From positions 1-59,919 of the forward strand of contig JAAYVH010000027.1 in assembly GCA_012517255.1 (NCBI GenBank): a DNA stretch of 59,919 nucleotides, read 5' to 3'. Position numbers and translations under genes: made by a program. Source of the stretch: Chthonomonadales bacterium (GTDB taxonomy: Bacteria > Armatimonadota > Chthonomonadetes > Chthonomonadales > CAJBBX01). The notes beneath the pieces are model-generated. The model did not search any database, was not told the origin of the DNA, and worked only from the letters and a program-made list of their open reading frames with translations. Shown piece after piece: positions 59,702-59,919 of this stretch (positions are counted from its first letter, which is position 1; every line of letters begins with the position of its first letter).

Positions 59702-59919
59702 TGCGCCCGCCCGGAACTGCCGTAGAGGCGCATCAGCTCGCGGACCTTGGCGGTCAGCGCTTCGCGCGCCTCGCGCGTGCAATCGGCGTCCTTGCGCGAG
59801 CCAAGCAGCTCGTGCAATCGGACGGCGTCGGGCCAGGCGATTTCCCGTCCGATCCGCTCGCTAAGCGCCTGCCAGTAGACCCGCTTGAGCGCCGTCCCGA
59901 CGTTGAACTTCACGCCATG
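59698..59919 (-). CDS. Class II fructose/tagatose-bisphosphate aldolase, C-terminal fragment (truncated by window edge)
   Basis: GVKFNVGT.LK...V...M.LYGSSGRA; stop overlaps the E1 alpha start. Confidence 0.75.
   Translation of the reverse strand, partial: HGVKFNVGTALKRVYWQALSERIGREIAWPDAVRLHELLGSRKDADCTREAREALTAKVRELMRLYGSSGRAQ

Overview
A GC-rich (about 65%) bacterial chromosomal segment, most consistent with Armatimonadota. That placement is inferred from the prepilin/H-X9-DG (DUF1559-type) proteins, the FlgD-Ig-tailed secreted proteins and the diderm envelope genes. Housekeeping genes are dnaG-rpoD and polA-rpsA-coaE. The main feature is a co-oriented ~24 kb minus-strand operon (10814-34616) behind a near-consensus sigma70 promoter. 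It encodes four large secreted proteins sharing a ~430-450 aa C-terminal module that ends in a FlgD-Ig domain and a hydrophobic-(T/V)R tail. It also encodes two CsgG/FlgT-like proteins with a glycine-flanked hydrophobic segment and a poly-proline C-terminus, and an invasin-Ig + OstA-like + beta-barrel outer-membrane protein. Together these suggest an undescribed C-terminal-signal-dependent secretion or surface-assembly system. The window also carries an M36/M4 metalloprotease, a zinc-ribbon/beta-carbonic anhydrase/TM fusion and an octaheme HAO-like cytochrome. Other loci are a PlcP + tandem CrtO-like + GT28 lipid-remodelling operon, two DUF1559 pilin-like loci sharing an upstream 14-bp motif, sugar uptake/catabolism genes and a 2-oxoacid/acetoin dehydrogenase E1a-E1b-E2 operon. 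No rRNA, tRNA, CRISPR array or transposase was recognised. All family calls come from motif recognition by eye, not database searches.
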